Shown: in pieces, positions 27,947 through 40,177 of the stretch
Layout: every line of letters begins with the position of its first letter
Position numbering within the stretch: position 1 is the stretch's first letter
DNA from: Salpingoeca rosetta
Taxonomy: Eukaryota > Protista > Choanoflagellata
Assembly: GCA_033442325.1 (NCBI GenBank)
Contig: JAWQFM010000012.1
Span: 436,122 to 500,121, forward strand
DNA: 64,000 nt
Direction: 5' to 3'
Position numbers and translations under genes: made by a program
The notes under the pieces: generated by a model
What the model saw: the letters and a program-made list of their open reading frames with translations, nothing else
Databases searched by the model: none
What the model was told of the DNA's origin: nothing

Positions 27947-30355
27947 CACACGCGAGGACGACGCCATGCGCGATACACCGAATCCTCCGCTGATGGCTGC
28001 AGCCACAACGACATCGGTGCCTGTGACGATGATGGTGATAGCGATATCTGGGGCAACGGCCATAGCGGCACAAAACGGACAACAGCCTGGTCGGATTCCA
28101 CAGCGCCAACCAGCGGGCACGGCAGCACCAGCGGTGACGTCAACAACGACAACAGCGGCGCTGATGGCGATGGTGCGGAGGAGCATGCTGCCAACGCGGG
28201 CAGCACCGCCACCAACAGCCCTGCGTCACGCGTGCATCCGTGGAACCAAATGACGTCGTCTGGCCTGGCTGTGCTGAAGCATTACACCTTTTCCAGTCGC
28301 AACCAGCGCATGGCTGTGCTCGTTGGCTCGTGTGTGAGCACGCCAGCGCACGGGGTGCAGGAAGGCCCCGTGTACTGTTACGTCAAGGGCGCCCCAGAGC
28401 GCGTGGCCAAGCTGTGCGACCCGGCCACCGTGCCCACGGACTTCCACGAGCAGCTGCGCACATACACGCAGCAGGGCCTGCGGGTGCTCGCTGTTGCTGG
28501 GCGGGAGGTGCCTGGGTCGTGGGCCGAGGCCAAGGCGCTGACACGAGACGTGATTGAGAGCAAGCTCACGCTACTTGGCTTCACCATCTTTGAGAACCGA
28601 GTGAAGCCGCGCACGGCGGCCACCATTGAGAAGCTGTCCAACGCGTGCATCCGCTCCCTCATGATCACGGGGGACAACATCCTCACGGCGTGCAGCGTGG
28701 CCAAGACGTGCGGCATGGTGCCGGAGCAGGGCGTGCTGGTGCAGGCGCACGTGATTGACGCGCGCGATTCGCAGTGGCGCATGCTGCACAGGCCAGCAGA
28801 GGCGCCCCTGCAGCTGTGCATGAACGGCAGTAGCACTGGTGGTGGTGATGGCAGCCGACACGGACACAGCAGCGCTGCTGCTGACAGGCGTGATGACGAT
28901 GCTGGCGATGATGACTCATACGATGACGACGACGACGACGATGATGATGTCGCCTATGGTGGAAGCAGCAGCAGCAGCAGCAGCAGCAACCGAGACAAGA
29001 ACAAGAGGCGGGGCAAGAACGGGGCAGCAAAGACATCATCGTCCTCATCATCGCAATCGTCATCATCGTGCACGTCGTCCAGCGACAGCCGCTACAAGCT
29101 GGTGCTGGAGCTGATTGACACTGACGCTCGCGTGGACGTTGGCATGGAGCCGGATGGCCTGCAGTTCGTGCGCTTCACCAAGCTTGCAGGGCAGCCACCG
29201 GCTTCCACGTGGCGCAGCAAGCACCATGCGCGCGCGCCCAAGATCTCCATTGCCGTGTCTGGCGCCGAGCTTGCCATGCTGCGCAAGCACTGCTTTGAGG
29301 ACTACCAGCGGCTGATTGTGAGCGGCACGGTGTTTGCGCGCATGTCGCCTGACCAGAAGACGCAGCTCATTGAGGACCTGATTGAGCTCGGGTACTGTGT
29401 CGGCATGTGTGGTGACGGCGCCAACGACTGCGGGGCGCTCAAGGCCGCGCACGTTGGCGTGTCGCTCTCGGAGGCGGAGGCGTCTGTTGCGGCGCCGTTC
29501 ACCTCCACGGTGCCGGACATTGACTGCGTGCAGACGCTGATTCGCGAGGGTCGGTGTGCGCTGGTGACGTCGTTCAGCTGCTTCAAGTTTATGGCGCTGT
29601 ACAGCTTCGTTGAGTTTACGAGCGTGCTCATCCTGTATTGGATTGACAGCAACCTGGGCGACTTTGAGTACCTGTATGTGGATCTGTTTGTGATTCTGTC
29701 GCTTGCGGTGAGCATGGGTCGCACTGGCCCGTACACCAAGCTCTCCAAGCGCCGCCCTGCCGGCTCGCTCGTCACCGCCATCATCATTGTGTCGCTGCTG
29801 ATGCAGATCAGCGTGCACATGCTGTTCCAGGCTGGCGCGTCCATCCTCCTGCAGCAGCAGTCGTGGTTTGTTCCGCTCAAGCCCGATGCCCACAAGGACA
29901 ACATTGAGGGCTTTGAGAACACGGTTGTGTTTCTCGTCGCCAACTTCCAGTACGTGTGGGTGTCGATTGCATTCAGCATCTCCAAACCGTTCCGCGCGGG
30001 CTTGGCGTCCAACCTGTGGTATCTTGGCGTCGTGGTTGTGCTGCTTGCACTGGACGCGTTCCTCGTGCTGCACCCGTCCGGGTGGCTCGCCGATGTGCTG
30101 CAGATTGTGCACCTGCCCAGCCCGCGGTTCCGGCTGTGGCTGCTGGCGCTCGCTGTGGGCAACTTCATTGTGAGCTACTCGCTTGAGCGGCTGGTGGTGA
30201 TGAGCAGTGTGTTCCGCCAGGCTGTGCGGGCGCTGCGACGAAAGCGCGCGTACAAGAACAAGTACAAGGAGGTGGCCAAGGAGGTGATTGTCTCGGATTG
30301 GGCCGTGGGCAAGGTCGCCATGCGCATGGACAGCGGCACAGACAGCACCGCATGA
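24417..30355 (+). CDS. ATP13A: P5B-type ATPase (ATP13A2/ATP13A3-like, probable polyamine transporter), ~7 exons
   Basis: N-terminal [26 protein letters not shown]-domain LTGES, P5B-specific TM4 VVPPALPAA, phosphorylation site [39 protein letters not shown], six C-terminal TMs; stop at 30355. Confidence 0.95.
24630..24692 (+). repeat. (TGTGG)n pentanucleotide microsatellite in ATP13A intron 1
   Basis: Tandem GGTGT units. Confidence 0.9.
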
Positions 30356-30906
30356 TGATCTCTCTGTGTACTTTGTGTGTGTGTGTGTGCGTGTGTGTGT
30401 GTGTGTGCACTTTGTGTGTGCGTGTGTGTGTGTGTGTGCACTTTGTGTGTACATTCGTCGTGCATACGTATGTGTACACTTTGTGTGTACACGTATGCGC
30501 ATATGTTGTTGGCTCGTTACACGCCATGTGTTTGTTGTCCATCTTTGCTCTTGTCGACCGCATCATAGATGCGTGTGTGCGCGCCCGCGTACAAATGTCT
30601 TAAAAACAGCGGTTGTTTCGGTCTCATCGTGTCTTTGTGGTTTTGAGCTTGCACGTTTCCTTCTTTTGTTCGTGCGTGTATGTGCGGAGTAGTAAATGCA
30701 GTGGCAGCACCAAGCAAGATGCGCGTCAATGCGACACCAGTTGACAAGTTGTTGGGGGGGGGGGTGAAGGGAAGGAGAACAAGAGACATCAGCAGCAATA
30801 ACAGCAGCAGCAGCGTCAGCGCTAGCGATAACGAACCAACGAACGCGAGCGAGACACAGGCAACAGATGAGGAGGGCCCCGATTGAGAGTGAGGTCTGCA
30901 TGATCA

Positions 30907-31405
30907 TCAGCCGCTCTGCCAGTGTGCAAACAGCTCACGCGCGCGAGTTTTGTTGTGGCCATGGAATTCTGGCACAAACTCAACCTTGATCACCTCATCA
31001 AACCCTTCGCCCGCGCTCGGTGCCTTGTACTTGCTCCTGCGCAAAGTTTAGGGGGGGCGTGTGTGATGGTTGCGGGAGGGGGCGAGCGTCTGATGGGGAC
31101 ATACGGCTGCAAGCTGAACAAACAAACACACAACACACAAAACACCACACACAACACACACACAACAAGCAACAAGCAACACACACACAACACAACACAC
31201 CCGCTGCACACCCATGCGACAACACGTGCAACGCACCTGAAGGAGTTGAATGCGACGTCTGGAATGCGGCGCCGCTTTCCGTCTGTGAGGATTGCGCGAA
31301 AGTAATTGAGGTGTGACGCAACATCGCGCGGTGTCGTCAACTCAACGCAGCGCACAGGAACCTGGTCACCATGTAAAGGCCGGGTGGTGTTGACATGCGT
31401 TGTGA

Positions 31406-31451
<46 letters not shown>

Positions 31452-31516
31452 TGAGCAGTGTGTGCGTTGTGAGCAGTGTGTGTTTGTGAGCAGTGTGTGT
31501 GTGTGTGTGTTTGTGA

Positions 31517-31555
<39 letters not shown>

Positions 31556-32601
31556 GTGTGTGTGTGTCATGCAGCACCATAATAAGTTGGCAACAAGGGC
31601 AGGTAAGCCAAAAAAAGGCAAACGCACAACCCCAGATACAAAAACGATTACCGAGTGCTTGGTTGCGATTTGGATGAACTTGGCTCTGCTGGCTGGGTCT
31701 GGGTTTGTGTTGTCCACCACCACACTCTGTCCGTCCTCCAGCGCCTTGGCCGCCGCCTTTTCACACTTTGCCATAGTGCCCAGCGTGTCCCGGTTCACAA
31801 TCACATATCCGTGTGGTTTGAGGTGGCGCTCTGCAAACGTGGACTTGCCAGACGCGGGCGAGCCAACAAGTACAATCTGGTGACAGCGAGTGGTGGGGGG
31901 GGGCGGTGAAAAAGAGAGAGAGAGAGAGAGGGGTGCACAGACAGAGGGAGGGACGAGAGTGGGGCGGAATTGAGGAGTGAGGGAGGGAGAGGCAGGCAGG
32001 CAGGCAGGCAGACACACACACATACACACACACCATCTCTGTGGGCGGGGCCTTCTTGGTGATGTGTGACATGTCGCGCGGTGAGGATACAGACGCTGCC
32101 AGCAGCTTGCCCGGATCAGCAGCCCGCCACTCGTACTTTGTCGCCTTGGGCTCGTCCAAGAAGAACTGACGCAGTGGCGCGTGGATGTGTATTTGGATGA
32201 GTGTGTGTGTAGTGTAGTGTGTGTGTGTGTGTGTGTGTGTGTGAACAAGTGAGGGGAAGCAAAACAGCCATGCGCAGGCAACACCATCATCTGCAACGTT
32301 ATGCCCCACCTCCTCCGGTGTGTGGAATGGAACACCAATGTTGGCTGCAAACATGCGGTCGGTGCAGCTGAAATCCTACTTGGCGATTATGGTGGTGGAA
32401 GCAGCACAGGCGAGCACGTGAGCACAAAACCCACAGCCACAGCTGTTAATGCAGCCACACCCACAAATGCTCTACATTCACTCGCTACCCACAACCACGG
32501 CCGCAGCCACATGCTGCACGCACCTTCTTCATGCCCGGCTTCCAGTCCTTGGAGCGGCCAGCAGCATCACCCACAAACACGGACTGTGCGTGTGTGTGTG
32601 T

Positions 32602-32647
<46 letters not shown>

Positions 32648-32747
32648 NNNNNNNNNNNNNNNNNNNNNNNNNNNNNNNNNNNNNNNNNNNNNNNNNNNNN
32701 NNNNNNNNNNNNNNNNNNNNNNNNNNNNNNNNNNNNNNNNNNNNNNN

Positions 32748-32812
<65 letters not shown>

Positions 32813-33674
32813 AGTGTGTCAGTGTGAGTTGGCAGAGGTTGTTCACGCTGCAACGCAACCACGACGTTTCCAAAGCAGCAGAGCGCACGTGCACCTCACT
32901 TCACTTTGACTTCACCGCACCCTCTGCAGGTCGATTTCGCCACCGTCGTTGCAGTGCTCTGCAAAATACTCCCAGAGGCGAATGCTCGGCTTGCGGTAGT
33001 GGTTGTGACCAGTGCACACCAACACCGTCACGGGGAAGCCAAGCGTCTCCAGAATGTCCTCTGCGAATGACACGAGGCAAGGAAAGCGTGCGTATTTGTG
33101 TGTGTGAGTGTGTGTGTTTGTGTCAATGTGTTTGTGTCAGTGTGTGCACGTGTGTGAGTGGGGGGGGGGGCATATTCCGTGTCAAGCGCGTGCATTTACA
33201 CACTCACGCACACACAAACACACACACATACACACACATACACACACATACACACAAACACACCACAGCACCACCACCACCACCACGTGTCATACCAATC
33301 TTGGAGGTGATGGAGGAGACGGAGGTGTTCTTCTTCTCAATACCGGCCTGGTTGGTGAAGAAGACAATCTTGGTGTTGTTGCTGTGCAAGTCCCGCAGCT
33401 TCTTGATCACGGCGTCGTCCCAGAACACCCAATCCGAAGGGCCTGTTGGGAAACGGCGCCCAGATTTGGTCTTGATGATGGTGCCATCCATGTCAAACCC
33501 CGCCACAACAGAGCTCTTCAACGCGTCCTCGCCATCATACACCAGGAGCGGAGCCACGCCTTTGATCTTGGCTCCCCCGGCCTCTTCCCAGCTCATCTTC
33601 CAGCCATCGCTGAGCTTGCTCTTCTTCGCCTCTTCCTCCTCTTTCTCAGCCTGCCTCTTGCTCCGACGCGGCAT
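30907..33674 (-). CDS. PNKP: Bifunctional polynucleotide kinase 3'-phosphatase, 8 exons, no FHA domain visible
   Basis: HAD motif FDMDGTIIKTKSGRRF, FTNQAG, YRKP, FVGDAAGR, DFSCTDRMFA, PFHTPEEFF; kinase P-loop GSPASGKST, VVDNTNPD; ends ...EGFDEVIKVEFVPEF...WQSG* (30907). Confidence 0.95.
32648..32747. other. Assembly gap (100 N) within a (GT)n tract in a PNKP intron
   Basis: Run of 100 N. Confidence 0.99.
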
Positions 33675-34160
33675 CGTTCCTCTCCTCCCTTCTTTGTTGT
33701 TCTCTCTTTGCAGTGGGCCTCAAACGCCTGTGTTTCTCCTAAGTCACTGTTGTCGTCTGTCGCTGCTGTTGGTTGGTGTCGCCAGAAATGAGCGTGGACT
33801 GTAAACGATGATGGCTGCTCAAACGCCTCCCGGCTGGTCCAGTGAGCAAGCTTCGGCTTGCCTGAGCTGTTGTCTGTTTGCCGCGCGAAAATCAAAACCT
33901 TGGCTAGAAATTTGGTTGAAGGTTTACACCAATTCGCTACAATCACCGTGTCCAAATTCGCCCACACGACAACGACGAGAAATACCTGTGGTGCTTCTGC
34001 GGGAGCACGTTTGTTTTGGCTGTTCTGCTGCACCAACGCAAGTACAACAGCGCAGAAAGAAACCCTGGTCGCTGACACCATCAAGGACAACGGTGACAGC
34101 ATCGTCTCCTCGCTGCCCCCGTGATACACTGTCCTTCCCGAACAAGAAGGCAGAAGAAGC

Positions 34161-35308
34161 ATGTCTGGCCGTCGCCGTGGCGGTTTTGGCGGCATGGGAT
34201 CGTCGTCGCGGTCTGCGGCACGCGCCTTTGATGCCGTAATGAGCACCAGCACCAGCAACAACAGCAGCAGCGCAAAGGCCACCTCCACCACCAATGGAGA
34301 AACGGTCAAGAAGGAGCGAGCCACGACGGCTGCGTCTGCGACGCGGGCGGCATCCACTGCGCTTTCAGGCGCCTTTCGCCGATCCACGGCAACCCATGGT
34401 ACCAACGGCACCACCAGCAACAGAACCACCAGCAAATTCCATGCACAGGGTGGCAAGGTCGCTGGCACTGTCAAGAAAGGACGCGGTTCAAGCCCAACTC
34501 CAGCCGCAATTGCAAGCAGCCAAGGAAGAGCTCCACGAAAGCAAGCCACAGCGCAAACAGCATCATCAGCAACTGCAGCATCATCAGCAACAGCAAAGGT
34601 TGGTGGTCGACAGGGCAACTTTCAGAAGAGCACTGCAAGCAGCAGTGACGGCGAGCCGCTGAAGAAGCGGCCAAAGCCGCGATTGCTGTCATCGTTTCGG
34701 CGGTCTGCGGTCAGCAAGGACGACTCTGCGCCGCACGACCTCTCGCCGCAGCTGTCGCCAGCCATTGTGGCCGACAGCCTGGAAGATGGCAGTGGCCACA
34801 GCAGCTCAGCATCAGCATCGCCGCGCCGGCATAGCCCAGGCGTCGCCAACGCCAAAGCAAGCTCGACCAGCAAGCCAGGCAGCAAGCGCACTGGCAATAC
34901 CAACAGCAGTAACAGCAGTAGCAGCAGTAGCAGCAGTAGTCGGAGCAACAGCACGCCGGCGTCACCAACGCGACAACTTCGACAACCGCGCTCGCCACAG
35001 CGCCAAGCCCGTGCCAGTGGTGCACACAGGTTGTCATCGCAGCCACCCCACTCGCCTCTGCGCCGCCGCCAAGACAGGTCGCCTGACGCCAGACCTGTGG
35101 GCCGCACCGCCAGCCTGCCGGTGTCATCGACCCCATCGACCACATCGACGACAAACTTGCGAACGGCATCGCCAAAGCGAGGCGCTAAGGCGCTCCACCT
35201 CCGCCAGCAGCAACAGCAGCAGTCAACAAGGACACGGCGCGGCCTCACACGCGCATCCACCGATCCAGTCAAGGGCTCTCCCCGCGAAGGCTTTGTACGT
35301 GTGCTGTT

Positions 35309-35348
<40 letters not shown>

Positions 35349-35360
35349 TGTCTGTCTGTC

Positions 35361-35403
<43 letters not shown>

Positions 35404-35922
35404 CTTGCAGGTCATCTCTTTCTCTTTTCTTACTCTTCCTCCTCCTCTCACCACCTTCCGTGCTGCGCTGCAGGTGGAGCTACGGAATGTCACAGACGTG
35501 TACGCTTCTCGACAGGCCGGCAAGAACCAGCAGGTGTGTTGCTGCTTGCGCTTTGCTCGTTCGAGTCACTTTCGTCACCTACCACACACACACACACACA
35601 CATACACACGTACACATGCGCACGCACACACGTGACTTGGTTGTATGCCTGTTTCTTTTTAAACCACCTCACCTCACCTCACCACCACACTGCCTGCGCT
35701 GTGCGTTCCCGATCTCAAACCATCAGTACAAGGACGACGTGGACTACTTGTTTGAGTCGCTCGCCTCCAGCACGAGCAATGATGTGAAGGCCATTGCATT
35801 GTGTCAGCTCACGGACATGTGTCGCCATCGTGATGTGCGTCAATATCTGCGCGCGCACGACCGAATTCGCCCCCTCCTCGCCTCCATCCTCGCCATCCCA
35901 CGCCCCTCCACGGTGCGCATTG

Positions 35923-36008
<86 letters not shown>

Positions 36009-36761
36009 GCCATACCTCTGTGTAAATGCTCATGTGCGCTTCCAAACAACACCATGTTTCTGATACGTGACTGTACCCTCTCCCACCATCCTGTCTCACC
36101 ACCTGTCTCATTGTGCACCACCACCGCCATCAGTCGCTGCGTGCTGCTGCGCTGTGTCTGCTGTTTACACTCCGCAAAGACTCGCTCGCTGGTCACATTG
36201 GCGACTCTCTTCTCGGTACAACCCACCACCTTCTCCTGAGCCATTGCGTGTCCCTCTTCGTGTTGAGATGTTCTTGTTCGTTTGTCACTTCCACGCCCAC
36301 CCTCATATTTTTTGCGTGCGTATGTGCATGTAAATGTGCGTTTGTGTGAATGTGTGCGTGTATGCTATTGTGCCTTAGTGTTTCTGGAGGCGAGCTGCCA
36401 CACGTCTGCACCAGCACAGGCGCCGACAGCAAAGACTGCGAAGAAGAAGGCGTTTCTCAACCTTCTCAAGAAGAAGAAACCAACCAAGGCGCCATCATCA
36501 TCATCATCATCATCATCATCGTCGTCGTCGTCGTCGTCGTCGTCGTCAGAGCAGAGTGGAGAGATCCATCCGCGTGTCAAGTGAGTGGCTGGACACAGTC
36601 AACGGAGTGATGATTGCTGTTGTGACTGCTGTTCACCGTTCTTTACTCTGACGGTTTGATTCCCCATCTACACCACTACCACCACCATCGCTTCGTCAGG
36701 GACTGCATGGCGCGGTGTAAGCACCTCCTCTCTTTCACCATCAACAACATGACGGTATATA

Positions 36762-36826
<65 letters not shown>

Positions 36827-37708
36827 ACGTGTTGCTGGCTTCCTCGCTGTAAAGGTTCCAAGAACTCTGCTCCCCCATTCCCCATTTCCTTCCCATCTGA
36901 CATGTCCTCTTCTTCTATTTTGTTTTAATTCCTCTCCCCTTCAGCCACGCCTGCTTGCTCTGGAAGTGCTTGCAAGCATCCTCAAACCAAGAAAAGGTTT
37001 GGTTTCTCTGTCTGTTCTTGTTTTCTCGTCGATTGTTCGCTCGGCCGGTTTGTGTGCGTGTGTGTGTGTGTCTGTGTGTCTGTGTCTGTGTCTGTGTCTG
37101 TGTCTGCGCGTGCCTCGCGTGCCATACTACTGCTCATCTGCATCGAATCTGCCTCATGTCCGCCGTTTCAGAGCACGTGCAACTCCTGTATCAGCGCAGC
37201 AACGCCCTGCACGGCATCATCACAGCACGTGCGTCACGCGCAAATACACTCACACTCACATACCACAGTCTCGTTTTCCACCCGTTTCCCCTGTGTTCGC
37301 ACCCAACCACACACACACACGCACACGCACGTACACACACGCACACGCACACCGCACACACACGCAAAATGCACCCACGTTCACCGTTGATGCCCCCAAT
37401 GCATGCAAACGCACCGCCAGTGCGGGCCAATATCCAGGCCACGCGTCGCAGCACAATGGCCGCGTCGTCACCCCACAGCGCGGGCGCATATGTGCAGGAT
37501 TGCGCGGAGTTGAGTCTTCGCCTGCGCATTTTGCAACGCGCCGTGTTTTTGCATGCAAGCAACCAGAAGTTTGTGTGCGGCATTGAAGACAGCGTCGTTC
37601 TCGATCACCTCGCAAAGTGAGCGCTTTGAGGGCAAACTGATGGCCCGTGCGCTCGTTGTGGGGGGGGGGGGCGAGGCTTTGCCTGCAGTGAATGCCGCAC
37701 ACATTCAT

Positions 37709-37754
<46 letters not shown>

Positions 37755-37947
37755 TTTCATGCATGCGTGCGACCACGTTCATCTGTCTCCCCCTCCCATG
37801 CTCACACATGTCTGTGCTTGCTGCTGTTCAGTATCATCGACTTTGTGTTCTGGTTCCTTCTCCGCAACCCGCGGCAACCAACACAACAGCGGCAGCAGCA
37901 TACAGCGGCGGCGCACAAGAAGAAGAACAGCAAGAGGCGGCAACTTC

Positions 37948-37994
<47 letters not shown>

Positions 37995-39828
37995 CTTAAA
38001 CAACAACAACAACAACAACACGGTGGTGGTGATGGGGAAGGGGATATATCGCGCGTTCGGTTTGAGGAGCAGTCGACGACATTTGATCCAGAAACGCAGC
38101 AGGAAGACGAGGCGGACACACAGGAGCCCGACACGCTCCACAGCACACGGGGCAATGACGGCAGCATGGATACTGCTGGTGACGATGATGGTGGTGATGA
38201 CGATGATGATGGCACCGATGAGTCGAGTGATGCAAACGCGTTGTCTACAAGTGAGCGTGCTGATGCCAACAGCCCACCAGCACTGCACACCACCCTCAAC
38301 CGCTGCCTCTGCGATGCACTCCGCGTCCTCCTCAGTCTCACCAACGACAACAGTGAGTGATTGGTGCCTCTGACATTGTGTGTGTATTGTGTGTGTGTGT
38401 GTGTTACATGTTTGATTGCGTGGTTGATTGGTATTGCTTGCTTCACGAACCATACTCACCACCAACGACACGCCAACACGCTCAAACACTGACACACGCA
38501 CACGTTTGCGCCCAGACCGCGTGTGCGACATGGTTGGGCGCATGGCGTGTGTTTCCTCCGTCACGAAGCTCCTCCTCCTCTACCCAACGCTCATTGAACC
38601 CGAATTTAGACACGACGTCTTTGTCCTCGTACGCCCTCATTTGTTTGTTCGTTTGTTTGTTTGTTTGTTTGTTTGTTTGTTTGTTTGTTTGTTTGTTTGT
38701 TTGTTTGTTTGTTTGTTTGTTTGTACGTATGTGTCTGTGTCTGCTTATCTGTCTGTCTGTCAACGTGACTCTCGCACCCTCGCTCGTTCACACCTGCACA
38801 CCACTGCACTGCACTTCTCTGCGCGCGACGCGTGTCTTCTTGACCCAAGGGCCTCTCTCTCCTGGCCAACCTCTCAGAACATGTCCTCGATAACCGGAAG
38901 GTGTGTGTGTGTGTGCTGTGCTCCACTTCTTAGGCATCCCTTTTGATTGATTGCACGCCTCACTCACACACTCACTGACTTACTCACACACTCACTCACT
39001 GACTTACTCACACACTCACTCACTGACTTACTCACACACTCACTCACTGACTTACTCACACACTCACTCACTCACACACTCACACACACACACACTCACT
39101 CACTCACACACACACACACACACACTCACTCACTCACTCACTCACACACACACACACACACACTCACTCACGTACACCGTGCAGACGATCCTGGCTGTGG
39201 ACTTGTCGCAGCAGACGGCGGCGGAGCGGCAGTCCTCCGTGGCGATGGCGATTCAGGACGACGAGCGCGTGCTGCGCTGTCTTGCTCGCTTGTACACCGA
39301 CCGCATTGTGGGCCGCACAGCCACGCCGGCAACAGCGGCAGTCAACGCAGCAGCCAGCAGCGCCCAGGGCGAGACCAGTGACAGCACCAACAGCACCAAC
39401 AGCACCAGCGACGGCGGTGATGGCGACACTGGGAGCATTAACAGCGGTGGCAGTTGCGATTCCTCCCGCCAGATTCAAATGCCGCGGCGAAATGAATCCA
39501 TTTCTGAATTGCAGCAGGCCCGAGAGCAGCGCGACGCAGACCAGGAGACGTCGGACAATGTCGTGGCAGCGTACACGGGCATCTTGATCGGTTGTCTCTG
39601 CAGAGACAACAAGGTGTGTTTCTTGTGTTTGTTTTGGTTCGGGTGTGTGTATCCGTATGCGCTTCCTTCTTGCTTTGTGCCTTTGTTTCCTTCTTTCTTA
39701 CACCACAATCACCACCACTCTCCACCGCCACAGGCTGGCGAAGACGAGCTGCGTGCGTGTGCAACACCGGAGCTGCTGACGGCGATGGTTGGCCACCTCA
39801 AGGAGTTTCTCGTCTACCAGCAGCGAGC

Positions 39829-39883
<55 letters not shown>

Positions 39884-40177
39884 GTGTGTCTGTGTGTCTG
39901 TGTGTGTGTGTGTGTGTGTCTGTGTTTGTGTGTGTCTGTGTGTGTGTCTGTGTGTCTGTGTGTCTGTGTCTGTGTGTGTGTTGTTGTTGTTGTTGTTGTT
40001 GTTGTTGTGTTTTCGCGTTTGCTTCTTCTCACTCAACCACCCACTTTTTATTCATTCAATCATCCCCACACATACCTCCACCAGGGAGTGAATCGGGATC
40101 AAGACAAGAGCAGCATTCAGGACATAATCACACAGCTCGAAGCAATTGCTGCCGGCGCTTCCCCAGCTTCACAATAG
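34161..40177 (+). CDS. WAPL: Wings apart-like cohesin release factor, multi-exon
   Basis: S/T/R-rich disordered N-terminus, then WAPL-domain motifs: GKNQQYKDDVDYLFESL (human GENQEFTDDIEYLLSGL), RQYLRAHD (RMHLRAHG), LRVLLSLTNDN (VLLNLTNDN), RHDVFVLGLSLLANLSEH (RFDIRVLGLGLLINLVEY), VVAAYTGILIGCLC (IVASYTALLLGCLC). Confidence 0.88.
38641..38722 (+). repeat. (GTTT)n tetranucleotide microsatellite in a WAPL intron
   Basis: Tandem TTTG units. Confidence 0.9.
38960..39170 (+). repeat. 24-bp minisatellite (CACTCACTCACTGACTTACTCACA x4) merging into (CTCA)n/(CA)n, WAPL intron
   Basis: CTGAC cores at 38975, 38999, 39023 and 39047 (period 24). Confidence 0.85.

Noticed and set aside
33808-34239. 143-aa ORF overlapping the WAPL start
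   Set aside because: Out of frame with WAPL, no motifs, and probably begins upstream of the TSS.
38960-39075. Regularly spaced repeats as a possible CRISPR array
   Set aside because: Head-to-tail 24-bp units with no unique spacers, inside a eukaryotic intron, no cas genes.
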